Shown here: piece after piece, positions 22,736-33,188 of the stretch
Layout of the letters: each line of letters opens with the position of its first letter
Position numbering within the stretch: position 1 is the first letter of the stretch
Source: Xylographa opegraphella
Lineage: Eukaryota
Assembly (NCBI GenBank): GCA_022813865.1
Contig: JALDZX010000116.1
Location: 1-33,188, forward strand
Length of the DNA stretch: 33,188 nucleotides
Direction of reading: 5' to 3'
Program-made: the position numbers and the translations under genes
The notes under the pieces: model-generated
What the model was told of the DNA's origin: nothing
Databases searched by the model: none
Seen by the model: the letters and a program-made list of their open reading frames with translations, nothing else

Positions 22736-25700
22736 CTAGCGTATTCGTATATAAAAAGTTTTTTTCCCTAAGAAAAAAGCAATTTTCTTACGCATTTTGA
22801 CAGGTAGTTCAATAAAACACTGATTTTATTATTCTGATTCCACCCCTTCATTTCAATTTAATACTTGAAAACTTCTTTAATCATTAAATTTTCGAATTGA
22901 ACAGTATTTATTCTAATATAATATAGAACGAAATAAATAATTTTAATTAAGTTAAAAATTATAATTATCATCGAATTATATTTTAAATTATAATTTTTAT
23001 CGGCTAAGAATATAAAATGTAAAAATTTACGATAATATTAATAAAAATACTATTTTAAAAATAATTAAAAATCAATAATAATTATAGTTTTTCGGTCGAT
23101 ATTATACGAGCTATTTTTATTCTTTAATATATATCATATATTTTTATGAAATCTCGAGTAAAATCTTTAAATTCAAATTAATAGTAGTATTCATTAACGA
23201 AATAAAGTGTTTTCGTAATTTCGAAACATTTCGCTATTCAAGTATCGTGGTATTTCTTTGAAACGTAATTTCGTAGTATAAATAAAATATAAATTCTATT
23301 ATTTTTTAAAAAATAATGAATTATTGCGAATAATTAAATTTAAATATATCGTCGATATTACAGTTACAAAACGAAACGTATTATTTTTAATAATAATTAT
23401 TTAATTTAGAACGATAAATTAATTTATATATTGTTAAATATTATAATTAAATATTCTTTAACGTTTTATATTATAGTTAATCCGCGATTATGAAACTTTT
23501 TTAAAAAATTATAAAGATATAAATGAAATATAATTTAAATTTTTTTAATTTAAATTATTTACATAATTTACGCGTCGTAAGGGTACGTTAACTAAGTTTA
23601 ATTTTTTGAATATATATAAAATTATAAAATCGAAATTAACGAAAGATTTTATTTATCGCCCTTTAATAACGCGATAAATTTATTATAATATTAAATATTT
23701 TGAAATTATTATAATTATTGTATATTATAATCTGCTTTTTTACGTTTTTAAGATAATATTTTTAAACTTTAAAAATTGCGATAATGATTAAAAGTGATTT
23801 GTTTTATATAGTATAATCTAGCTTCAAACCAACTAATTCCTTTAAATAAAACGCAATAAAATATTAATATATTTTCTTTATTTTTAAATAAAAATACTTT
23901 TAAAAAGTCAATTTTAACTTTTTAAATATTATTATTATTATTATTATTATAATAATCATGGCGAAAGAAATAAATGCTTTTTTTATTAAATTTATTATAA
24001 TTACGATTATTTTGCTATAATAGGAATAAAATATTAATAGAAATTCGTGAAATTAAGGAAAGCTTGAATATTTTAAGGCATTTTAATACAAATCAATTTG
24101 ATATTATAATAATTCAAAATAAACTTATATATTTATTTAATATAAAATTTATAAAATTTAAAAAGTTAATAAATTCGACGTTAAATAAATATTTTAAAAA
24201 TTTTATATAAAGATTTTTTACGAAATAAATTTAATACTTTTTTGCGTCTTTTACGTAATTTATCAAATTATTTAAAAACATCAAAATACTGTCAAAATAC
24301 GTAATTGCCGTTTTGTTAATTATTAAACGTAAAATAATATTAATATATAATTAAAATATTCCAGGGGTATTATAAAATTTGGACAATATAATATAATGTT
24401 TAGATTTTTTATATCGCGTTCGAAACGTCGTTTTTTACTTCTAATTATAATAAATTTAAATTAAATTAAATATCGTAATTAAATTTGAACGTATAAAACG
24501 CCGGGCTTTTAATAATCGATTTGTTGATTTAAGAATTGATAAAAAAAAGGTATTCATTTTTCATTATAATTATATTTAAACAACGATAATCGATATATAG
24601 TTTTGAAAAAAATATCTCTTTACGATAAAAATGAAGCCGCCTATTAAACTCCTAAATTTTTTAATGAATTTTAATATAAAATTTATATTAATATAAGTTT
24701 TTAGTGTTTCGAGCTTTAATTCGAAAAGGTTATATAAAAAATCGAAAAAGATATATTATTTAATAAAAAAAATTTATAATTAATATTAAACCGATATTTA
24801 AATAACATAATGATTTTAAATTCGTTAAAAATATTTACCAACTTTATATAATCCTTAGAAAATATGAGCGGTTCGATATTGAATTTTATAATTTCAATTA
24901 TTATTATTATATCGTTAAATTTACCATACGCAATATAGTATTTACGTATATAAATATTATAAATAAAGAAATTTTTTATAAAAGTTTTTTTTAAATTTTT
25001 CAATCGATATTCGAGTTGTTCTTTATTAATTATAATAATTCGAAAATTATATCTTGTTCAAATTAAATTATTATATAAAATAATTATTCGTATTTAATTG
25101 AATTAAGTTTTATAATAATAAAATAATAATTATTTAAAAATTTTAATTTTAAGAATTGCTAATTTATTTCTCGTACTGGCAAAATTGTTAGATTTATAAA
25201 CTTTAAAATTCGTTATTATAGTATAATTAATCAAATGATTAAAAATAATGCCTTACGTAAAAGTTTATACAACAAAATAATACGAATTGATTAACATCGT
25301 TAAATATAAATTATTCGAAATTAAAAATATTTTTTTACGATATTTTTATTTCCGCGGCGAAGCGTTTTTCGCAGTAAGATTGTTTAATTTTATATTATAA
25401 TTATTAACGTAATACTTAATAAAGTTATAATATTTATAAGAATTGTTTTTCAATCGATAATTACGTTTATTAATTATCAAACGTTTTCGCTTTTTAAAAG
25501 GGTTATTTAATAAAATATTAATATTAATATTTAAAATATTTCTTTAAACGTATTCTTTTACTCTTTCGCGTTTACGTATTATTTATTATTTATTAAACGC
25601 ATTATTTATTAGCGCCATATTTATTTTTGCTCAAAATACGATTGATTTAAAAACGACATATTTTTACGATAATTTAAAAAATATTCGATAGCGATAAGAT

Positions 25701-27225
25701 TTATTATTTTACTCGATAATTTTAATTTAAAAATAATATAAATAGCCTGGTTGTTTTATATTATATTATTAGAAAAATTTAAAATTGTTAATAAACTCTC
25801 GAATTAATCAATTTAAATTGCAAATAAATTATAACATTCAATTCTTCGTATTATATTTATATCGATATTTTTATAATACTTTTTATTTAAAACTTAAAAG
25901 AATATTACAAAACAATCGCGGGGTAAAATTCTTTTATTTTAATATATTATTATTATTATTTTATAATCGATTCATTTCTCAAATTTTTAAACGCATATAA
26001 TACTCGGCTTTATTTAATTAAAAAATATATAAATTTGGTTCGAATTTATTTTTTATATTTATTAATGAACATTTTTAATTTTTAATTTTTAATTCCGTTA
26101 TAAACTAAAGATTATTTAAAAAATTTTTAAAACGCCGTAACCTTTTAATTCGCTTTACGATAATAATAATTTGAGTATTTATATCGATAAAATAGTAATA
26201 AAATTACCCGAAATTTTTGATAACGTTTCGTTTTAATATAATAATATTTAAGTAATTAAAACTTCGATGTTTATAAAAAAATTTAAAATCTTTTTAAAAT
26301 TATTACGAAACTATTCGTAAATTTAATTTTTTTTAAATTACTATATAATTATGTTATGATATTTATTAAAATCTTTTTAAAACCTTTTAATTCTATAATG
26401 AATTTTATTAATTAAATTCAATATAAATTAATTTCACGAAGCGCGAGTTCCTGAATATATATCGTTAATAATACGTATTTTCATATAAATAAATATTTAT
26501 TAAGGTTCCGCAGTATAAATTCGTCGATATATAATAATCGTATATATATACGTAATACAGATAAACGACTTTTTATAATTAAACTTTAATTAAATTTATT
26601 AAATAAAGTTGATAATATTTATATACGTAATTCGAGTAAATAATTATAATAAATTACTTTAAAAACGTTTAATTTATTGCTATTAAATTTTTGAAACTTT
26701 TATCGAGTTCAAATTTAAAAGCTTTTAAACGTAATTATAATACTTTGAGCGATTTCGTTTAATATTATTTTTAGGAAAATCGGTTTGTAGTATATTTATT
26801 TCGTCGTTAATTGTAAAATCAGGCGTGATTATTTTATTTACGTTTATTTAAAAGGCAGCGACAGTTGAAATACTTATTAATAGGAATATTGTACAAGATA
26901 AGCGTAAACGATGAAAATAAAAAATAAAAAAACTTAAAAATACGCTTGCTTGGCCGAGCGATAATTACGAATAATTTTAATATATAAAACATAAAGTTTT
27001 AAGCTCAAGGTATACAGCGTATTTAATTTTTAAATTAAAATTAAAGAATGAAGTTTAAAATCGTAAATTTAAATTATATATAAATAAACTTCCTAAATGG
27101 GAATCCACGCCCAGGGTGGGAATAGGCAGAAATTACGCCCAGAATACGAGCAGGCAGAAATGACGCTCAAAATGCGAATAAATAAATCGATCGTTACTTT
27201 GAATTCTGCATTTTATAATTATTAT

Positions 27226-29592
27226 TTTTATTTTTATTAAATAATATACTTTTTAAAAAAAAGTTATATAGCCTTTTCGAATTAAAGTTTAAAATATTAA
27301 AAGTTTAACATCAAATCCGCAAAAGAGTGATTCCAGGAGATGCAAACGAGTTTGAAGATAAAAGGCAGCCAGAGTACCGAATTCCCCGTAAAGGCCTATT
27401 TGTTTAATTTTATATCTATATAAAATTCGAAGCGAGGGTTTGAAATTCGATATTTAAATAAAAAATTGCGCTCTCCCTTGATTACGCTAAACGATTAATA
27501 TAAATCTTATATTAAAATTTATTCAAAAACTTATAAGCTTAATAGGCGTATTAATTTTTTAAAATTATATATTAATTATCGTAGTTTAAATACAATTATA
27601 ATAGAAAATAAATACCCCTTTTTATTAATTTCTGAATTAATAATTCGATTATTGAAAACTCGACATTTCATACGTTTAAATTTAATAACGATATTAAATT
27701 TAATTCGCATTTAATATAATTAAAAGTAAATAACGACCTTTCGAACGCGATATAGAAATTTCGAATATTATATTCTATTTTTCGATTTTGATAATACTTT
27801 AAAAATATTTGAACTATATATCAATACGATTTTACGTTTAATAATTAACAAAACGATAATTACGTATTTTCATAATATTTTAATATCTCTAAACGACTTT
27901 AAAAATTACGTAAGAAATATAAAAAAGTATTAAATTTATTACGCAAAAAATCTTTGTATAAAATTTTAAAATATAAATTCAACGTTGAATTCATTAAATT
28001 TTTAAATTTACAATCTTTCCGTTCGATATATATATAAATATATTTTAAATTATTATAATGTTAAATTAATTTATACCGAAATACTTTAAAAACGTTCAGA
28101 AAAAATTTAATTTTGCGAATTTTTATCGACGCTTTATTTTCTATTATAATAAAATCGTCGCAGCAATGATAAATTTGATAGAAAAAATACTTATTTTTCA
28201 TTATAATTATAGTAGTACTGTTCGTATTTAAAAAATTAAAATCGATTTTTTAAAAAACGTTTTATTTAAATATTTTTCATTAAAAAATACCATTTTATAT
28301 ATTATAACGCAAGCGATTTTGCGATCGCAGAAAAATTCTTTTAAAAATAGAAGAATGTTTATCGAAATTTTATCGTATTTTATTCAAGGAAATTAATCGC
28401 TCCCGAGTTAAATTATATTATAAAAAATTAGGAATTTCTAATTGTTATAACGATTTTCAAAGTTTAAAAATAGTATTTTAAAAGCGTAAAAAAGCAAATT
28501 ATAATATATAATAATTATAATAATTTACGTACGTTTAATGTTATAATAAATTTATCGCGTCGTTAAGCGCGATAAATAAATTATTTTTTCGATTTTAATC
28601 TTGTTATTTTATACGTATTTAAGAAATTAAATTTAATTAACGTATTTTTACAACGCGTAAATTATATAAACGATTTTAAATTGAAATAATTATATTGCAA
28701 TTTATTTATATAGAAAAAAATATATTTTTTAAAGATTTTTCAACCGCGAATCATTTATAATATAAAGCGTCAAAAAATATTTAATTGCGATATTTAACGA
28801 TATATAAGTTAATTTATCGCTTGAAATTAAATAATTATTAGTTAGAAATAATTTATTTTATTTCTTAATCGCAATATTAACGATATATTTAAATTTTATT
28901 ATTCGCGATGATTTATCATTTTTCGGAAAATTAAAAATTGTATTTTATTGATATTACGAAACTACGTTTTAAAGAAATACTACGATATTTTAATAGCGAA
29001 ATATTTTAAAATAATTAAAATAATTTATATCGTTAATAAATATTATTACTAATTTGAGTTTAAAGATTTTATTCGAGATTTCATAAAAATATATAATATA
29101 TGGTCAAGAATAAAAATACCTCGTATAATATGGAACGAAAAATTATAATTATTATTATTTTTAATTATTTTTAAAATAGTATTTTTATTAATATAATCGT
29201 AAAACTTTTACGTTTCATATTTTTAATCGATAAAAACTATAATTTAAAACATAATTTAATTATAACCGTAATTAATAAATTAGTCAAAACTATTCATTTC
29301 ATTTTATATTACATTAAAATAAACGTTGCTTAATTCGAATATTTCATAATTAAAGGAATTTTCAAACATTATACAATATTAAAATGAATCGTAAACGATA
29401 AAGGTACTTTATTTATTTTAAAAACTTAAAAAATACTATTTAAAATACTAAAAATCTTGTTTAAATTATGGATAGTTTATTATTCACAGATTGATAAATA
29501 AGTTTAAAATTTAATCAAATAATAAAATAATATTTACAAATTTTTACTAATTAAAATTAGAACGACTGGGCGAATTATTTATCGCTGGGTAA

Positions 29593-29686
<94 letters not shown>

Positions 29687-30862
29687 CATAAATTATAAAA
29701 ATATCGCTCTTTTTGTAAAAAAAGAAAAAATAAACAATTATAAACGATAATAAACAATTATAAACGATAATAAACGTTAAAATTAATAAAGTATTCATAA
29801 ACGCTATAATTTACGCGAAAAAGATTAAAAAGATCTAATAAAATTTAAAATATATAATAAAAATCGTATAATAAATTCAGGCAAAGTACTACAATAAATA
29901 TAGTTTTTCGATAAATTTAAAAAAGGCGATTTTATTCTTTTGCGAAATACCAATATTCGAATAATACGTTTTTAAAAAAAATAATCGATATTTTAAATTA
30001 TCTAAAACTATTGAACGCATTGACAAACAAGCCAATAAATTAAATTTTTTAAATATATATAATATTTATAATATTTTTTACGTAAACTATTTAAACTGCT
30101 GAAAATAAATACGCGAGCGTTAATTATTCTATTTTTTATTAAAATAATCAATAAAAACGAATTATATTAAAAATTTATTATTAAAAAATAATTCAATCAA
30201 ATTATATAAAACGTAAATTTAAGTATAATTATAGATAGCAAAATTAAAACAATATAATTATTAGATCAACAGAAATCATCGAGTAAAACGCATTATTATT
30301 CATAAATAAAATATGAAAAATATTTTTCATTTATAATTTACTGCTTAATAAATAATTATTTAAAATTTTATAAATTCATTAATTTATATTTCGTCTATAT
30401 TTATATTTTATTAATAAATTCATTTTATATTCGTATTATATTTAATATTTTATATTTTATTTATATTTACGAAATTTTACATTACGTTTATATTCGCTAT
30501 TTTTATATTTTATTTGTATTTATTTTATACGTTACGATTATGAATATTTTACATTTCGCTCGTATAAATAATTTTTAATATTTTTAAGATTAAAAAGTAT
30601 AAAAAAGAGAAAAATATTATAAAATACAAAGTTTAAAATACCGTTCGATTTATCGATTTATTTGTTTGCCGGCCTGCCTGTTTATTTATTTATTTATATT
30701 TTAAACGTGATTTTTACTTACTCGTATTCTGGGCGAAACTTCCCATTTAAAAAGTTTAATATATATAATATCAGAATTTACGGTTCTGAATTTCATTTTT
30801 TAATTTCAGTTTAATAAATTAAATACGTATTGCATCTCGAGTCCAAAAATTTATATTTCACA
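27226..30862 (+). mobile_element. Ty3/Gypsy family A, 3' part (pol to 3' LTR 30615-30862), RIP-inactivated
   Basis: Plus-strand relics are NKYPFLLISELIIRL (~27607), ITTFRTRYRNFEY (~27730-27768), ITYFHNILI (~27859) and chromodomain KFIIKKIIQS (~30171). A purine tract at 30601-30614 is followed by an LTR ending TTTCACA. Confidence 0.88.
29595..29686. repeat. (AAT)n microsatellite (~30 units) within the Gypsy integrase relic
   Basis: Perfect AAT run; it is the source of the poly-Tyr spurious ORF 29547-29798. Confidence 0.98.
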
Positions 30863-31600
30863 AAAACAAAGGAAAAATAATCGTTAATATTTAAATTTTA
30901 AATGAAATTACTATATTAAAAAATTATTTAATTCTTTTTTAGTCGAAAATACTCGTAATGATTAATATGGTTATATATATTATTATCGTTAACGTATATT
31001 TTTATTATTATTTATTAGTAAAGAAAATATATCGTTATCGTTTAATAATATTAAATTATAAAGGCCAAAAAGTTTTTAATATAATAATCATAAAATATCG
31101 AATTTTTTAATATATATATATAAAGAATAATTAATAAAATTTGAAAAATTGTCGAAAAATTGTAAAAATTTACGTTAACGATATTATAAATTTTGGATTT
31201 TTTTACGTTATTTAATATATATTTTTATTTTAATAAATTATTTTAAATTATTTTTTAATAATTTTATTTAATTAACGTATCAACGTTTTGAGTAAATTAA
31301 TCGCGCTGCGTAAATAAAAATAAATTTTAACTCCTTTAATTAAACATTAAATTGCATTAAATACATATTAATCTTACGTAATAATATTGGTTAAATCGTC
31401 GTCGTGTTCCAATAAATGTTAAGTATAAAATATATAATACAAAATTAAATTAAATTATTGAATTAATTTTTTTTATGTAAATACAATTTTTAACGCAAAA
31501 ATCGTTTAAGATTTTTTACATAAGAAACCGCGCTGCGTAGGGTAACATCGAAGGTATATATATATAAAGTTAACATAAGATTTTACAGTAACTGTTTACA
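30863..31600. repeat. Unclassified RIP-degenerated relic
   Basis: AT-rich and CpG-retaining. CGCGCTGCGTA occurs twice (~31302, ~31528). Confidence 0.5.
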
Positions 31601-31923
31601 GTTACCGGGAAGTTTACGCAGAAGAAAATGATATTTTTGCATGGGTGCTAAAGGCGCCTAATGGCTGGCCGCTTTGCTTTTAGGCCATACAACTTCAACT
31701 AAACAATAAATTCTCCTCGAAGGTCTCCTAGAAGTCCAATTTCTCTTGTGGATAACAATGATAGGGAAAACACAAACTTTGCCATCCAGGTACACCCAAA
31801 CTATCCAACAACCTGGTGCCAACGGCTCCCACTCCTGCTGTGACTGGAAAGAACAAACATCCAGGCATTGAGGGCAGGCGTAGAAAGATCGGTACTGTGG
31901 AATACACAGTGGAGAATACCTCC

Positions 31924-33042
31924 ATGGATGCGCTATCTCGAAGGATTCACATACTCGGGTACGGGAATGTTGGCAAGCTTATAGCCCATTCTCTAGCTGG
32001 AATCCCTAACCGACCCCCTATCACTTTTCTCCTACAACATCAAGGTATTGTGAACCAGTGGTACAAAGAGGGCAAATCAATCGGGATCGTTCAGCATGGT
32101 ACTGCTGAAAGAAGTTCGGGCTTCGACGTAGAGCTTACATCTTCGCATGTTCGGGATAGGCTCTCGTACATGGAGACACAAAGCACCATACACAGCCTCA
32201 TTATTTCCGTCAAGGCCCCAGCCACTGTGGAAGCTCTTTCAACTATTGCCCATCGACTAGGCAGAGAATCTACACTGCTATTTGTTAACGATGGTATGGG
32301 TATTCTTGATGAGCTTAACCAAAAAATATTCACAGACCCTGAAACTCGGCCTGGATATATGATAGGAGTGTCTACACATGGATTGCGCACACTGTCAGCC
32401 TTTTCGAGTGCACTTTACGGAATCGGAACTATTGGGCTTGGTCTCATGGAGCAGCAAGGCTTCGGTATCTTAGAGCAGCCTTTGCCAACACTGTCTCCTT
32501 CGGCTCGCTATCTTCTCCGGACTATGACTAGAACACCATCATTGGCTGCCATGGGTCTGACTGCCATCGATCTTTATCAACTTCAACTCGAAAAGCTTGT
32601 GAGTCGAGCTGTTGTCGATACCCTGGCGGTCATGTTTGACTGTAGAAATGGGGGTTTGCTGGACAATTTTGCAGTGACACGGGTTATGCGTCTTCTGCTA
32701 TCGGAATTATCGATTGTAATCCGATCGCTTCCAGAATTGCAAGGTACTCCCAATGTCGACCTAAGATTTTCGCCACTAAAGCTCGAGTATCAAATTGTCA
32801 GTCTAGTAAAGGCTACAGCTTCTCATGAGAGTTCGATGCTACATGAGGTAAAGCGCGGAAGGATGACTGAGATAGACTATACAACCGGATATATTTTGCG
32901 AAGGGGTAACGATCTTGGCGTCAAATGCGTAATGAACTATATGCTCACGCAGATGATTAAGGGGAAACAAAACATCGAGAGCCGTAAGATTGAAGGAAAT
33001 CTCCCGTTCAATGAATCGAAGCTTCCTCTCATAAGTAATTAA
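31924..33042 (+). CDS. Ketopantoate reductase (2-dehydropantoate 2-reductase, PanE/ApbA)-family protein, divergent; 372 aa from the first in-frame ATG
   Basis: Rossmann motif RIHILGYGNVG, plus LIISVKA, LFVNDGMG, QLEKL, DCRNG and SSML...GRMTEIDY..GYI. The ORF is uninterrupted and GC-balanced. The track's 31816 start is GTG and the first ATG is at 31924. In-frame stops lie at 31753-31764, and an upstream exon cannot be excluded. Confidence 0.9.
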   Translation: MDALSRRIHILGYGNVGKLIAHSLAGIPNRPPITFLLQHQGIVNQWYKEGKSIGIVQHGTAERSSGFDVELTSSHVRDRLSYMETQSTIHSLIISVKAPATVEALSTIAHRLGRESTLLFVNDGMGILDELNQKIFTDPETRPGYMIGVSTHGLRTLSAFSSALYGIGTIGLGLMEQQGFGILEQPLPTLSPSARYLLRTMTRTPSLAAMGLTAIDLYQLQLEKLVSRAVVDTLAVMFDCRNGGLLDNFAVTRVMRLLLSELSIVIRSLPELQGTPNVDLRFSPLKLEYQIVSLVKATASHESSMLHEVKRGRMTEIDYTTGYILRRGNDLGVKCVMNYMLTQMIKGKQNIESRKIEGNLPFNESKLPLISN

Positions 33043-33126
33043 TCTGCTAAAAAGCAATATATTTATTTAATAACACTTCTCATTATGTGTAACTTTGCTC
33101 GACCTGACAATTTTTATATAATTATT

Positions 33127-33127
<1 letters not shown>

Positions 33128-33188
<61 letters not shown>
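33128..33188. repeat. (AAT)n microsatellite running off the window end
   Basis: Perfect AAT repeats to the last base. Confidence 0.98.

Larger units (their letters stand above)
16069..22858 (+). mobile_element. Full-length Ty1/Copia LTR retrotransposon, RIP-inactivated; LTRs 16069-17031 (contains MITE) and 22360-22858
   Basis: The LTRs share AACGCTAGCTCGATAT and TACGCATTTTGA. TSD TAATA lies at 16064-16068 and 22859-22863. GATTATAAGCTCG after the 5' LTR resembles a RIP-mutated GGTTATGAGCCC. RT relics are KFKARII (~20709), KYGVNYKNIF (~20744) and LYVNNI (~21085). The RNase H relic is KSKCINVAYHFIKE (~22169-22210). Confidence 0.88.
14694..27220 (-). mobile_element. Ty3/Gypsy family A near-full-length copy (~5.7 kb: 14694-16068 and 22864-27220), split by a Copia insertion; LTRs 14694-14923 and ~26983-27220
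   Basis: Two same-orientation LTRs are present. The PPT GGGAAAGAGAAAAA is on the minus strand at 14924-14937. RT relics KTTFRTRY (~24412-24435) and ITYFDSIL (~24285-24308) are on the minus strand. Sequence either side of the Copia joins colinearly with 12480-12530. Confidence 0.88.

Noticed and set aside
1068..26000. I/K/N/F/L/Y-rich short ORFs in AT-rich DNA (1068, 13918, 14690, 17570, 20396, 24716, 25785) and ORF 21848
   Set aside because: They are chance or relic frames in RIP-mutated TEs or within the solo LTR. 13918-14145 and 24716-25003 are pol remnants, not functional genes.
14689..27225. ATTAT on both sides of the near-full-length Gypsy copy as a TSD
   Set aside because: The motif is low complexity. 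The right-hand ATTAT is also explained by the adjacent plus-strand pol sequence (taattat), and the left and right flanks are not contiguous parts of one host copy.
29547..29798. Poly-tyrosine ORF
   Set aside because: It is a translation of the (AAT)n microsatellite.
31816..31923. GTG-initiated N-terminal extension of the KPR-like ORF
   Set aside because: GTG starts are not expected in a fungal nuclear gene, and family similarity begins just after the ATG at 31924. An upstream spliced exon remains untested.
1..33188. Organellar, AT-rich bacterial or viral origin; telomere at either end; Starship-type cargo element
   Set aside because: Spliceosomal introns, nuclear fungal genes and RIP-mutated LTR elements indicate fungal nuclear DNA. 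The terminal repeats are not TTAGGG-like. No tyrosine-recombinase captain or element boundaries enclosing the genes were seen.

Overview
This is fungal (filamentous ascomycete, Pezizomycotina-type) genomic DNA, probably a whole contig broken at microsatellites ((ATATT)n at the left end, (AAT)n at the right). About 85% is extremely AT-rich transposon debris with a repeat-induced point mutation (RIP)-like signature. TpA is abundant, and the surviving C/G residues sit mostly in CpG. Two GC-balanced gene islands remain. Island 1 (~4700-7340) holds a 5-exon CMS1/CMSS1 90S pre-ribosome factor gene with one GC-AG intron, and a 3-exon secreted CFEM-domain gene that the ORF track misses. Island 2 (~31600-33050) holds a ketopantoate-reductase (PanE/ApbA)-fold gene with several substituted substrate-binding asparagines. 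The 8.3-30.9 kb block resolves into a nest. Several copies of one chromodomain-bearing Ty3/Gypsy family lie in both orientations. A full-length Ty1/Copia element (TSD TAATA, non-canonical LTR 3' end) sits inside one of them. Inside the Copia element are a TIR-bounded MITE-like element and a little-mutated solo LTR. I found no convincing new multi-gene system. The best leads are the divergent KPR-like protein, the repeat-embedded CFEM effector candidate, the CpG-sparing mutation spectrum and the unusual Copia LTRs.
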